Shown piece after piece: positions 12,178 to 23,109 of a stretch of DNA of 40,155 nt; within the stretch, counting starts at the first letter, position 1, and the number at the start of each line of letters is the position of its first letter. Source of the DNA: Octopus bimaculoides (Eukaryota); contig NC_068993.1 in the NCBI RefSeq assembly GCF_001194135.2, positions 42,766,307 to 42,806,461 of the forward strand. Direction: 5' to 3'. The notes beneath the pieces were generated by a model. That model searched no databases. It saw only the letters and a list, made by a program, of their open reading frames with translations, and was not told the DNA's origin. A program made the position numbers and the translations under genes.

Positions 12178-12351
12178 ATGGGAGAATATACGAAAAAACA
12201 ACAACAGACGAGGACAGGTGGTGTAAATAACAAAAGGATGTATTAGTATGACGCTCGGGAATACGGAAAGTCTTTGACGTTTCGAGCTACGCTCTTCAAC
12301 AGAACGAATACGGAGACAAGGAGAAAAACACGGAGAAAAAAAATTGAGGAG

Positions 12352-12355
<4 letters not shown>
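12178..12355 (-). mobile_element. Dispersed repeat family X copy carrying a hammerhead-like motif; flanked by (TA)n on both sides
   Basis: The 3' part matches 160-230. It contains a GAATACGGA direct repeat at 12259-12267 and 12306-12314. Confidence 0.7.
12270..12308 (-). ncRNA. Degenerate minimal hammerhead-like motif
   Basis: Minus strand reads ttcgtt-CTGTTGA-A-GAGC(gta)GCTC-GAAA-CGT-C-aaagac. Perfect 4-bp stem II, palindromic ACGT stem III and a GUC cleavage triplet; core A6 is mutated to U and stem I is 4/6 paired. Confidence 0.5.
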
Positions 12356-12395
<40 letters not shown>

Positions 12396-12487
12396 CAAAC
12401 ATACATACATATGAGTGTGTGTTTTATGAGTCCGTTTTGCTATAATTGTACCAGTTGTTCTAACTAAAATTTACTTTATATTTCACT

Positions 12488-12560
12488 GTGTTAGAAAGCC
12501 TTGGTTGGGAGAAACTATGCATTATTCGGCGTCTCCAACTTCAGCGGACTCTTATATGAA
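12488..12560 (+). mobile_element. Short decayed mariner transposase C-terminal fragment
   Basis: VLESLGWEKL followed by frameshifted HYS resembles mariner LGWEVLPHPPYSP. Confidence 0.35.
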
Positions 12561-12687
12561 AGGTGGAATATTAATGAATGAGGGCCACAGAACTTGTGTT
12601 ACGTAAACACCTTCATTATCTTAAAGCTGTTCCGGCTATACCCGGAGCTGAATGCCAGTGCATCGAAGCCAGTAACATGTGTTCCTG

Positions 12688-12718
<31 letters not shown>

Positions 12719-13639
12719 GTGTATAAATGCGGCCATCTATTCTTTCAAGTATATATTGAAAACATTTTTGTGTTTTACTTTTCTTTTTTATCCATGTATA
12801 TTTTCATATTTTCGTAAGGGATCATTGCAATTTGCTTTTAATATCAAAGTCTCTGAACCTACCATAAATGTTTTTAAATCTTCACATTCTCATCCTCAGA
12901 ACGGAGGAGTTTTGGCTTTGTGTTGTGACCTCTTTATAGTAGGCAGCTGCAATGTAATTGGAATAATCATTATCTGGAATCTTTATTTCTTTCAATTAGA
13001 TTTAAATGTCATCAGAATATTTGAAAGTTGTGCTGCGCTAAGAGTGAGTATTTTTCCCTTATTACGTATCAAGTTTCGTGAAGAATTTTGTATAGGTCAG
13101 GTGTATGTTTTATTAATGTTTTCCTATCCGGTTTCGATTTGTGTCGTAGTGCAATGCAAGTGTTGCTTATTGTATGTACGTGGTGAGTAAGGAGGAGATA
13201 TAACATTTGAATTGAATAGACTTACAGCTTTTACTTTATTCTTCATTAGTGCCTTAATTACTGACGTAATTACATACACGGATAATCAGACAAACATATA
13301 CACGCATATACGTTTATATATGAATATGTGTCTCTTTTTACCTTTTAGTGTATACTGAAACCTCTGTGTTCACATGTTTGCCACACAGACGTTTGCTACA
13401 TACACACACACATGCGCACCAGCTCGCGCGCGCACACGGATGCAATCCTATATATAAAGTATACGTTTGTACATAGGCGGATTTGTGTATATTTGTGTGT
13501 GCATGTGTATATGTGTTTCTTAACACGTGAATGCAAATATGTTGTAGACAAGAAGAATTAAAGGGAAAACTTGACGCAGTTGCGGAGTATCGATATTTTT
13601 TTATATTAAATTGAAAGATCAGATTTTTTCCCACGTTCC

Positions 13640-13990
13640 CTAGTCTCAATCAAAACCCGAACATTCATCATTCGAAGCCCTATGTTTTGATAATTACATA
13701 TATTGGCTCTTGTTGCACTACGTTTGTTTATTGAGAGAAACCTTTATACTCCTTGGCTGATTTGCATAATTTACGAAAAGTGAGCAGAAATTCCACAAGA
13801 GACAATCACAAAGCTCATCAGATCAATGCCAAAAAAAGTTTCGGAATTAAAAACTGCAAAGGGAACGTCAACTAAATACTAAGTATGTAGTCCTACCTAT
13901 CGATTACATTTCAATTGTTCGCTTTGCGTATTAAATAAAAGATTTTGAAAATTAAAGGTGTCTATTTACTTACTGCATGTCTGTGTACAT
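13640..13990 (+). mobile_element. Tc1-like transposase C-terminal remnant and 3' end
   Basis: 13781-13882 reads *(W)AEIPQETITKLIRSMPKKVSELKTAKGTSTKY*, matching the Tc1 terminal motif W..IP...I..L..SMP.R...VI.AKG..TKY*. Upstream SQS...EAL resembles QSPDLN.IE.LW. Confidence 0.85.
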
Positions 13991-14879
13991 CATGAATTTG
14001 TAAAGCTAAATATTTGCTTCTCTTGTGTTGTGTAAATTCATCCACCGTCTTATTATAAGAAATTAGTTTGAAAATGAAATATTGCTAATGTGCGCTTCCA
14101 TGAGATGAACTATAAACTGATTTCATCAATTTAGTATCGGCTTGTGAAAGGAAAACATGGTTATTTACACTCTGACCCAAGCCTGCAAAAGAGGATTTCA
14201 GAGAATAGAAAATTTCAATTACTTGTTTACGGAATAAAAGCTTATATTTTATGCATTTTTCAAGTACGTGTTTATATATGTGTGTATGGAATTTAGCATG
14301 ATACTCGAAGCTCGTGTTATGTAATTTCACAAATAGAACATTAAACATATATGTGCAAATATATATGTGTGTATGCATGAATGTATGTATATGTATATAT
14401 ATATATATGCATGCATATATGTACGTATACATGTATATATAGCTGCCTTCGTTATATTATATATGTATATATATATATATGTGTGTGTGTATTTATATAT
14501 ATATATATATATANNNNNNNNNNNNNNNNNNNNNNNNNNNNNNNNNNNNNNNNNNNNNNNNNNNNNNNNNNNNNNNNNNNNNNNNNNNNNNNNNNNNNNN
14601 NNNNNNNNNNNNNNNNNNNNNNNNNNNNNNNNNNNNNNNNNNNNNNNNNNNNNNNNNNNNNNNNNNNNNNNNNNNNNNNNNNNNNNNNNNNNNNNNNNNN
14701 NNNNNNNNNNNNNNNNNNNNNNNNNNNNNNNNNNNNNNNNNNNNNNNNNNNNNNNNNNNNNNNNNNNNNNNNNNNNNNNNNNNNNNNNNNNNNNNNNNNN
14801 NNNNNNNNNNNNNNNNNNNNNNNNNNNNNNNNNNNNNNNNNNNNNNNNNNNNNNNNNNNNNNNNNNNNNNNNNNNNNNN

Positions 14880-14914
<35 letters not shown>

Positions 14915-15151
14915 ATAAGTTATTTAAGTTACCTAATATATATATATATATATATAAACACTTACATATATATGTACATGTATAGTATATGTATATTTAT
15001 GTATATCTATGTGTGTGGCTGTGTGCATATGTACGTGTGCGTATATATCCATGTATATATATTTGTGTGCGTTTCTCCCTGTGTATATATCAATACATAT
15101 GAGTTTGTGTGTGAATGTGTCGCTGTGTGGATGTATCTGTGTCCGTGTGTG

Positions 15152-15206
<55 letters not shown>

Positions 15207-16023
15207 CCGTGCGAGTGCGTGTGTGTTTGTGTGTGATAGAAGCAGCCGATCTCCCGCTATTCCGATCGAGTTANNNNNNNNNNNNNNNNNNNNNNNNNNN
15301 NNNNNNNNNNNNNNNNNNNNNNNNNNNNNNNNNNNNNNNNNNNNNNNNNNNNNNNNNNNNNNNNNNNNNNNNNNNNNNNNNNNNNNNNNNNNNNNNNNNN
15401 NNNNNNNNNNNNNNNNNNNNNNNNNNNNNNNNNNNNNNNNNNNNNNNNNNNNNNNNNNNNNNNNNNNNNNNNNNNNNNNNNNNNNNNNNNNNNNNNNNNN
15501 NNNNNNNNNNNNNNNNNNNNNNNNNNNNNNNNNNNNNNNNNNNNNNNNNNNNNNNNNNNNNNNNNNNNNNNNNNNNNNNNNNNNNNNNNNNNNNNNNNNN
15601 NNNNNNNNNNNNNNNNNNNNNNNNNNNNNNNNNNNNNNNNNNNNNNNNNNNNNNNNNNNNNNNNNNNNNNNNNNNNNNNNNNNNNNNNNNNNNNNNNNNN
15701 NNNNNNNNNNNNNNNNNNNNNNNNNNNNNNNNNNNNNNNNNNNNNNNNNNNNNNNNNNNNNNNNNNNNNNNNNNNNNNNNNNNNNNNNNNNNNNNNNNNN
15801 NNNNNNNNNNNNNNNNNNNNNNNNNNNNNNNNNNNNNNNNNNNNNNNNNNNNNNNNNNNNNNNNNNNNNNNNNNNNNNNNNNNNNNNNNNNNNNNNNNNN
15901 NNNNNNNNNNNNNNNNNNNNNNNNNNNNNNNNNNNNNNNNNNNNNNNNNNNNNNNNNNNNNNNNNNNNNNNNNNNNNNNNNNNNNNNNNNNNNNNNNNNN
16001 NNNNNNNNNNNNNNNNNNNNNNN

Positions 16024-16089
<66 letters not shown>

Positions 16090-16099
16090 GGATGTATAT

Positions 16100-16218
16100 A
16101 TACGACGGGCTTCTTTCAGTTTCCGTTTACCAAATCAATTCACAAAGCTCAATACGCAGATGGACTGGACCCACGATTATGTTGGTGGGAAGCAGAATTC
16201 TTACCACACAGTCATACA
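16100..16218 (-). mobile_element. SINE family C, 5' half with internal deletion, running into (TA)n and a gap
   Basis: ACGACGGGCTTCTTTCAGTTTCCGT.TACCAAATC...GGGAAGCAG..TTCTTACCACACAG is the reverse complement of the family C head. Confidence 0.85.
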
Positions 16219-16339
16219 TACGCCTATATGTATACACTAAAGTGTCACCTCTGAACCAAAGGCCACATTTTTTCTAGACAAATTAGTGAGACACTTGATG
16301 AAATAGAATTAAAATTCTAAAGGTGGTTTTCTAGTCCCC

Positions 16340-16560
16340 ATTTCGACAATCAACGACAAGGGAGCAGCTGTTTTCGAAGACTCATATTGTTGTTGATTGC
16401 TGGAAATGGGGAGTAGATAGGCAGCCGACAACTGATGAAGGGTCATTCTTTGTATTACTTGTCCTTTTTTCTCTCGTTATTTGCGTATTTACCTTATATG
16501 TTTTCGTATATCATATTCTTTACTGTTGGCGTTGTCCTGTACCCATATATGCCTGTATAT
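16340..16560 (+). mobile_element. Dispersed repeat family X-related copy ending at (TA)n
   Basis: 16362-16465 is homologous to 1-105. Confidence 0.7.
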
Positions 16561-16943
16561 ATATATATATATATATATATANNNNNNNNNNNNNNNNNNN
16601 NNNNNNNNNNNNNNNNNNNNNNNNNNNNNNNNNNNNNNNNNNNNNNNNNNNNNNNNNNNNNNNNNNNNNNNNNNNNNNNNNNNNNNNNNNNNNNNNNNNN
16701 NNNNNNNNNNNNNNNNNNNNNNNNNNNNNNNNNNNNNNNNNNNNNNNNNNNNNNNNNNNNNNNNNNNNNNNNNNNNNNNNNNNNNNNNNNNNNNNNNNNN
16801 NNNNNNNNNNNNNNNNNNNNNNNNNNNNNNNNNNNNNNNNNNNNNNNNNNNNNNNNNATATATATACATTTACACACACACACACGCACATATATATATT
16901 ACTTATATTATCATTTAATTGAAAGCCACGCATCCATGTATGT

Positions 16944-17130
16944 ATTTTGGGGGAAGGGGTGAGTCGATTACATCGACCCTAATGTATAACCCGTTCTTCA
17001 ATATATCGATCCCGAGAAAGATGAAAGCTAAAGTCGACCTCGGTGGAATTTGAACTTAGAACGTAGCAGCAGATGATATACCTTTAAGCATTTCGCGCCG
17101 TGTGCTAACGATTCTGCCATCTCGCCACCT
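16944..17130 (-). mobile_element. tRNA-derived SINE family A
   Basis: Minus strand starts AGGTGGCGAGATGGCAGAATCGTTAGCAC (A-box-like) and has B-box AAGTTCAAATTCC. Confidence 0.9.
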
Positions 17131-17155
17131 TAATAATAACGAGAAAAAGAAGAAG

Positions 17156-17271
17156 AGGGTTCTAAGCACTTGAAAGACAGCTGAAAACTTGGGGATACCT
17201 AAAGCTACAGGTAGTAACCAGCTACCCACATAAATTCTACCAGGAATAAGACCGAACCTGAGCCTAACTAA

Positions 17272-17315
<44 letters not shown>
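17156..17315 (+). mobile_element. Extreme 3' end of an RLE-type (R4/Dong-like) LINE with (AAT)n tail
   Basis: RVLST* (stop 17171-17173), then 3'UTR GGGGATACCTAAAGCTACAGGTAGTAACCAGCTA, similar to the 3'UTR of the 17476-17748 copy, then (AAT)n from 17272. Confidence 0.55.
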
Positions 17316-17316
<1 letters not shown>

Positions 17317-17325
17317 CACCATTAA

Positions 17326-17360
<35 letters not shown>

Positions 17361-17365
17361 TTTTA

Positions 17366-17399
<34 letters not shown>

Positions 17400-17413
17400 C
17401 ATTATTGTTGTTA

Positions 17414-17472
<59 letters not shown>

Positions 17473-17475
17473 TAT
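17272..17475. repeat. (AAT)n then (ATT)n microsatellite with a strand switch at ~17317-17325
   Basis: Read directly from the sequence. Confidence 0.95.
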
Positions 17476-17748
17476 TGTCTTTGCACCGCTTCTTACGCCG
17501 GAAATGTACTACGGTGCTAGCTGTTCACTACTAGTGAACTAAGGTGACACCCCTTATTTTTTGAGCACCATCCGGAGTATTCGAGCAGTGCTGTTTTCTG
17601 CAAGTGCTCCACTCTTATTGCAGCCCTTATTTGTTCCATGTACAAGATTGTTACTCACTGTTCCCAGGGCCCCGATAATCATTGGTACTACAACCACCAC
17701 CATTTTTATCGACCGCAACTGCTTAACTTCTCACGCTAACCTGTCATA
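17476..17748 (-). mobile_element. 5'-truncated R4/Dong-like (RLE) LINE 3' end within TAA repeats
   Basis: Minus strand reads YDRLA*EVKQLRSIKMVVVVPMIIGALGTV, then after a frameshift EHLQKTALL..RILRMVLKK* (stop 17554-17556). This matches the RLE C-terminus VP..IGALG / LQK.ALLGT.RILR.VL. A 3'UTR hairpin GTTCACTA-C-TAGTGAAC lies at 17523-17539. Confidence 0.85.
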
Positions 17749-17880
17749 TTATTATTATTATTATTATTGTTGTTGTTGTTGTTGTTGTTGTTATTATTAT
17801 TATTCAGTGAGTGAGTGAGTGATTGAGTGAGTGCGTGATTGAATGAGTGAGTGAGTAAGTGAGTGAGTGAGTGAGTGAGC
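17749..17880. repeat. (ATT)n/(GTT)n followed by (GTGA)n; tail of the family D element
   Basis: Read directly; abuts the family D end at 17881. Confidence 0.9.
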
Positions 17881-18305
17881 AGCGCATGCCATCAAAGTGA
17901 CACTGGGGTGAAATATACGGAGCCCAAATACATATCATGACTACCCGTCTGATAAGAGTACACCAGTCACATGCATCACAACCATATGTGCGCGACATGG
18001 TGATCTCATATCAAGATAAACAGCGCATGACCTTGCTGGTGGGGCCCAGTTAGAATTTTCTTCAGTCGAGTAGCCCATCCCGCTCAAAAGGTCCTTGAAT
18101 AAGGGTTGTTTAAGGATGATGAACGAAACACCTATGTTTCCAGAGGTGAATTATTCAAACGGCAAAGAATTCCTCTCAGCAGGTGGCTCTGATGTTCCCT
18201 CGCTACTCCAGCTCAAGCACCAATAGACATGTTCAACTGGTTCTGGTCAAGCAACTGACAAGCAAATCTGTGGTATTGACCAGAATATTTGCTGTAGCCC
18301 ATCCT
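17881..18305 (-). mobile_element. Interspersed repeat family D, copy 1 (SINE-like or LINE 3'UTR); orientation inferred from the (ACTC)n/(AAT)n tail
   Basis: Colinear by eye with 18394-18805 (CATGCCATCAAAGTGACACTGGG, CATGACTACCCGTC.GATAAG, GCGACATGGTGA, CGCTCAAAAG, CATGTTTCC, CTCTCAGC). Confidence 0.8.
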
Positions 18306-18315
18306 TTATAACAAA

Positions 18316-18393
18316 ACGCATGCCATCAAAGTGACACTGGGGTAAAATATACGAAGCCCAACACATGACTATCTGTCTGATCAGGGCGCACCA
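18316..18393 (-). mobile_element. Family D short truncated copy
   Basis: GCATGCCATCAAAGTGACACTGGGGTAAAATATACGAAGCCCAA is nearly identical to 17884-17928. Confidence 0.85.
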
Positions 18394-18805
18394 GAGCAGT
18401 GTATGTCATCAGAATGACACTGGGCTATAAAAAATATGAAGTCCAATATACCCATCATGACTACCCGTCCGATAAGGGTACACAAAGCACATGCATCACA
18501 AACATACGTAAGCGACATGGTGACATCATACCCTGATAGGCATGTCCTTGCAGATGGGGTCATTGGTACTTCAGGTCTAGTAGCCTATCTCGCTCAAAAG
18601 CTCCCTGAATAAGCGTTTTTGAAGGATTATGAACGAACCATCCATGTTTCCCGGAGTTAATCCTTCAAACCCCAATGAATCTCTCTCAGCCATTGCTATG
18701 GTGTCCTCCGACTACACCTGTTCGTCATCAGAGTTGCACTTATCGCCAGCCACTAAAGGAAACGCTTAACTGGTTAGGGTTAAGCGAATGACAAGTGAAT
18801 CAGGG
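18394..18805 (-). mobile_element. Family D copy 2 (more diverged)
   Basis: Colinear with copy 1. Confidence 0.8.
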
Positions 18806-18823
18806 GTAATGAGCAGCAATGTC

Positions 18824-18850
18824 GGTAGTAGTAGTAGTAGTAGTAGTAGC

Positions 18851-18893
<43 letters not shown>

Positions 18894-18947
18894 ATGGTGG
18901 TGGTGATGGTGGTGGTGGTAGTAGTAGTAGTAGTGGTAGTAGTAGTG

Positions 18948-19013
<66 letters not shown>

Positions 19014-19553
19014 AGGCNNNNNNNNNNNNNNNNNNNNNNNNNNNNNNNNNNNNNNNNNNNNNNNNNNNNNNNNNNNNNNNNNNNNNNNNNNNNNNNNNNN
19101 NNNNNNNNNNNNNNNNNNNNNNNNNNNNNNNNNNNNNNNNNNNNNNNNNNNNNNNNNNNNNNNNNNNNNNNNNNNNNNNNNNNNNNNNNNNNNNNNNNNN
19201 NNNNNNNNNNNNNNNNNNNNNNNNNNNNNNNNNNNNNNNNNNNNNNNNNNNNNNNNNNNNNNNNNNNNNNNNNNNNNNNNNNNNNNNNNNNNNNNNNNNN
19301 NNNNNNNNNNNNNNNNNNNNNNNNNNNNNNNNNNNNNNNNNNNNNNNNNNNNNNNNNNNNNNNNNNNNNNNNNNNNNNNNNNNNNNNNNNNNNNNNNNNN
19401 NNNNNNNNNNNNNNNNNNNNNNNNNNNNNNNNNNNNNNNNNNNNNNNNNNNNNNNNNNNNNNNNNNNNNNNNNNNNNNNNNNNNNNNNNNNNNNNNNNNN
19501 NNNNNNNNNNNNNNNNNNNNNNNNNNNNNNNNNNNNNNNNNNNNNNNNNNNNN

Positions 19554-19593
<40 letters not shown>
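18824..19593. repeat. (GTA)n/(GGT)n microsatellite spanning an N-gap
   Basis: Repeat is present on both sides of gap 19018-19553. Confidence 0.9.
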
Positions 19594-19630
19594 AGGCGGT
19601 GAGCTGTCAGAATCATCAGCGCGCCGGACA
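19594..19630 (+). mobile_element. SINE family A 5' head fragment
   Basis: AGGCGGTGAGCTGTCAGAATCATCAGCGCGCCGG matches the family A head. Confidence 0.75.
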
Positions 19631-19680
19631 AGATACTTTGTGTTATTTCTTCCGGAGAAAAAGGAGAGAGAGAGACTGAC

Positions 19681-19719
<39 letters not shown>

Positions 19720-19726
19720 TAGAAAT

Positions 19727-19768
<42 letters not shown>

Positions 19769-19939
19769 TGGCGAGAAAGATAAATATATCGTTTTGGATA
19801 AAATTATTGCTGATATATATGCGCAGACATAGTATATTAGTAATAGTAGGGTTAAAACGATCACTTTACAGCCGTGTTGTTGCGTGTTCAGTGCCTCTGC
19901 GTGACATTTTATACAAATATCTTCTCTTGTAGTTCCAGG

Positions 19940-20133
19940 CCAACCAGTGCCACACGTGCGTATTTGGTAATGGTTTAATTACGTCACCGTAACTTAGCAT
20001 TTCGGCAAAGAAGCCGACAAAATAAGTACCAGACTTAAAAATAAGCAATAGAGTCGATTTGTCCGACTAACTCTCCGTGGCACTACACCAACTTGGTTGC
20101 ATTCCAGTGACTGAAAGATCAAAACGATAAAAT
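19940..20133 (+). mobile_element. SINE family C 3' half, diverged
   Basis: CCGTAACTTAGCATTTCGGCAAAGAAGCCGAC.AAATAAGTACCAG..GTCGATTTGTCCGACTA..TGACTGAAA. Confidence 0.8.
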
Positions 20134-20155
20134 ATGTAGACAATGTTTTTCAACA

Positions 20156-20245
20156 CAGTAATCCCTCGACTAATGCGGGTGTTACGTTACAAAACACGCC
20201 GCGATAGGTGAAAATCCACAATGTAGAAACAATACTGTACTGTAT
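20156..20245 (+). mobile_element. pogo/Tigger-like MITE terminus (one TIR visible)
   Basis: CAGTAATCCCTCG terminus typical of Tigger-type TIRs, followed by an imperfect hairpin GCGGGTGTT...AACACGCCGC. Confidence 0.55.
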
Positions 20246-20277
20246 ATTTTTTTTATTATTTTTATAATTTGCATATT

Positions 20278-20461
20278 CTTTTGCTCTTTTACCTATTTCA
20301 GTCATTTGACTGTGGCCATGCTGGAGCACTGCCTTTAGTCGAGCAAATCGACCCCCAGAACTTATTCTTTGTAAGCCTAGTACTTATCCTATCGGTCTCT
20401 TTTGCCGAACCGCTAGGGTACGGGGACATAAACACACCAGCATCGGTTGTCAAGCGACGTT
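20278..20461 (-). mobile_element. SINE family C 3' half, low divergence, truncated by a gap
   Basis: TTTCAGTCATTTGACTGTGGCCATGCTGGAGCAC...CTCTTTTGCCGAACCGCTA...CATCGGTTGTCAAGCGA is the reverse complement of the family C tail. Confidence 0.9.
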
Positions 20462-22114
20462 NNNNNNNNNNNNNNNNNNNNNNNNNNNNNNNNNNNNNNN
20501 NNNNNNNNNNNNNNNNNNNNNNNNNNNNNNNNNNNNNNNNNNNNNNNNNNNNNNNNNNNNNNNNNNNNNNNNNNNNNNNNNNNNNNNNNNNNNNNNNNNN
20601 NNNNNNNNNNNNNNNNNNNNNNNNNNNNNNNNNNNNNNNNNNNNNNNNNNNNNNNNNNNNNNNNNNNNNNNNNNNNNNNNNNNNNNNNNNNNNNNNNNNN
20701 NNNNNNNNNNNNNNNNNNNNNNNNNNNNNNNNNNNNNNNNNNNNNNNNNNNNNNNNNNNNNNNNNNNNNNNNNNNNNNNNNNNNNNNNNNNNNNNNNNNN
20801 NNNNNNNNNNNNNNNNNNNNNNNNNNNNNNNNNNNNNNNNNNNNNNNNNNNNNNNNNNNNNNNNNNNNNNNNNNNNNNNNNNNNNNNNNNNNNNNNNNNN
20901 NNNNNNNNNNNNNNNNNNNNNNNNNNNNNNNNNNNNNNNNNNNNNNNNNNNNNNNNNNNNNNNNNNNNNNNNNNNNNNNNNNNNNNNNNNNNNNNNNNNN
21001 NNNNNNNNNNNNNNNNNNNNNNNNNNNNNNNNNNNNNNNNNNNNNNNNNNNNNNNNNNNNNNNNNNNNNNNNNNNNNNNNNNNNNNNNNNNNNNNNNNNN
21101 NNNNNNNNNNNNNNNNNNNNNNNNNNNNNNNNNNNNNNNNNNNNNNNNNNNNNNNNNNNNNNNNNNNNNNNNNNNNNNNNNNNNNNNNNNNNNNNNNNNN
21201 NNNNNNNNNNNNNNNNNNNNNNNNNNNNNNNNNNNNNNNNNNNNNNNNNNNNNNNNNNNNNNNNNNNNNNNNNNNNNNNNNNNNNNNNNNNNNNNNNNNN
21301 NNNNNNNNNNNNNGTTTTACACCTCGTATTTTCTTTAAGTTTATGCAAAATGCTGTTGTTTTTCCAAAGGCTGTCTATCCAATTTAGTATAATTCTTAAT
21401 GAAGCGTAAAGACATTTCTGAAAGACTCCACAGAGAATAAATCTTTTTTATTTGATCTAAACATTTTATGTCATTTTAATCTGTTTCAATCAATTTTAAG
21501 CAATTGAAAAATAAAATAATTGAACCCACAGGACATATTTATCGACAGCGAATAAAAAGTAACTTCATTCCTAATTCCAAATTGACACCGTGTAACAGGC
21601 AACTCTAAAGTATACACACAAACATACATACACACATACATACGCTCACATATACATATCAAAATGAAATTACTCACTTTATAGGCCCCCACCACTTTAT
21701 CACACCACTTACCCTAAAAAAGAATCTCTGTTGACATAGAGTCGCTAACACATCGTGTCTCGTTTCTATTAGAGAGCAATGAGGCGAAACGAACAATCAA
21801 AATAAAAAATATATATATGGCCCAATTATATTAAACTGTCCGTCTGCGAATTATAACAGAAGACAAAACGAAAGAGAATCATTATTTATGTCTGATTTTA
21901 TACTCATCGCATTTTTTTATATTTGTTTGGTTTGCCTGTCATATCCTTTGTTATCATATTCTCGCCTATATTCCGAAAACGAATTTTGAAATATTCCAAA
22001 TGACGAATGTTAAAGTTGATTTTACATTAAAATCCCAATCACACTTCTTACTCTTCCTCCAACAGTTTTCAGGAAGCAATAAATCATTCTGAATCCTAAA
22101 ACAACTCTAGAAGA

Positions 22115-22262
22115 GCAAGTATGACTATGTAAGTAAAAAGTTCGCTTGGCGACCCTGTAATTTCGTGTTCAGTCCTACAACGAGGCACCTTGGGCAAGTA
22201 TCTTCAGCTATTGCCCCGGACGGATAAATGTGTTGTGAGTAATTTACTAGATGGAAACTGTA
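22115..22262 (+). mobile_element. SINE family C 5' half ending in (TA)n
   Basis: B-box-like GTGTTCAGTCCT, CORE-like GCACCTTGGGCAAGTA, TTGTGAGT..GATGGAAACTG. Confidence 0.8.
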
Positions 22263-22264
22263 TG

Positions 22265-22307
<43 letters not shown>

Positions 22308-22488
22308 ACTACACACGTTCATTCCAACCATTGTTGTAAACAGCGGAAGTGAGCTGGAACAGTAAAACTTTGTGCGCATGCACAGTAGATTTCAAGGTCA
22401 ATCTGTGCCAAGTAGTTTCACTCTGCATGCTTTAGATTCGTTACTATGACAACAGTCCGTATATATAGGCCGCGTATATATGTGTGTA

Positions 22489-22532
<44 letters not shown>

Positions 22533-22843
22533 NNNNNNNNNNNNNNNNNNNNNNNNNNNNNNNNNNNNNNNNNNNNNNNNNNNNNNNNNNNNNNNNNNNN
22601 NNNNNNNNNNNNNNNNNNNNNNNNNNNNNNNNNNNNNNNNNNNNNNNNNNNNNNNNNNNNNNNNNNNNNNNNNNNNNNNNNNNNNNNNNNNNNNNNNNNN
22701 NNNNNNNNNNNNNNNNNNNNNNNNNNNNNNNNNNNNNNNNNNNNNNNNNNNNNNNNNNNNNNNNNNNNNNNNNNNNNNNNNNNNNNNNNNNNNNNNNNNN
22801 NNNNNNNNNNNNNNNNNNNNNNNNNNNNNNNNNNNNNNNNNNN

Positions 22844-23109
22844 CCCTTCGGTCATGACTGACCAGGGGATTTTACCTAAAATGTTACCCTCCGAGGCACA
22901 AGTCCGGGCAAGATTGTTTATGGAAGACCAGCAGTCGCCCATGCATACCAGTCTCCCCCCTCCACGCCACCGATGTTATCCAAGGGAAAGGCAAAGGGGC
23001 CGATACAGCTTGGCACTTGTGACATCGCAACTCATTTCTACAGCTGAGTGAACTGGAGCAACATGAAATAAAGTGTCGACGCTCTAACCACTAAGCCATG
23101 CGCCTTCAC
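22844..23109 (-). mobile_element. tRNA-derived SINE family B2 (B-box deleted)
   Basis: Minus head GTGAAGGCGCATGGCTTAGTGGTTAG (A-box) is joined directly to ACTTTATTTCATGTTGCTCCAGTTCACTCAGCTG. The tail differs from the 29241 copy. Confidence 0.85.

Noticed and set aside
12594-13190. 198-aa gap-free ORF
   Set aside because: Includes a (GTAT)n tract and T-rich low-information sequence with a non-ATG start; only the 13000-13043 segment has exon-like signals.
14085-14182. Minus-strand terminal-exon candidate GLGQSVNNHVFLSQ...
   Set aside because: Only an acceptor-like tract supports it; no homology and no compatible upstream exon.
16430-16450. CTGATGAAGGG in family X
   Set aside because: No downstream GAAA or paired stem; the homologous copy reads CTTATGAAG.
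18715-18735. CTGATGA-CGAAC on the minus strand as a hammerhead
   Set aside because: No stem II, no GAAA, and not conserved in the sister family D copy.
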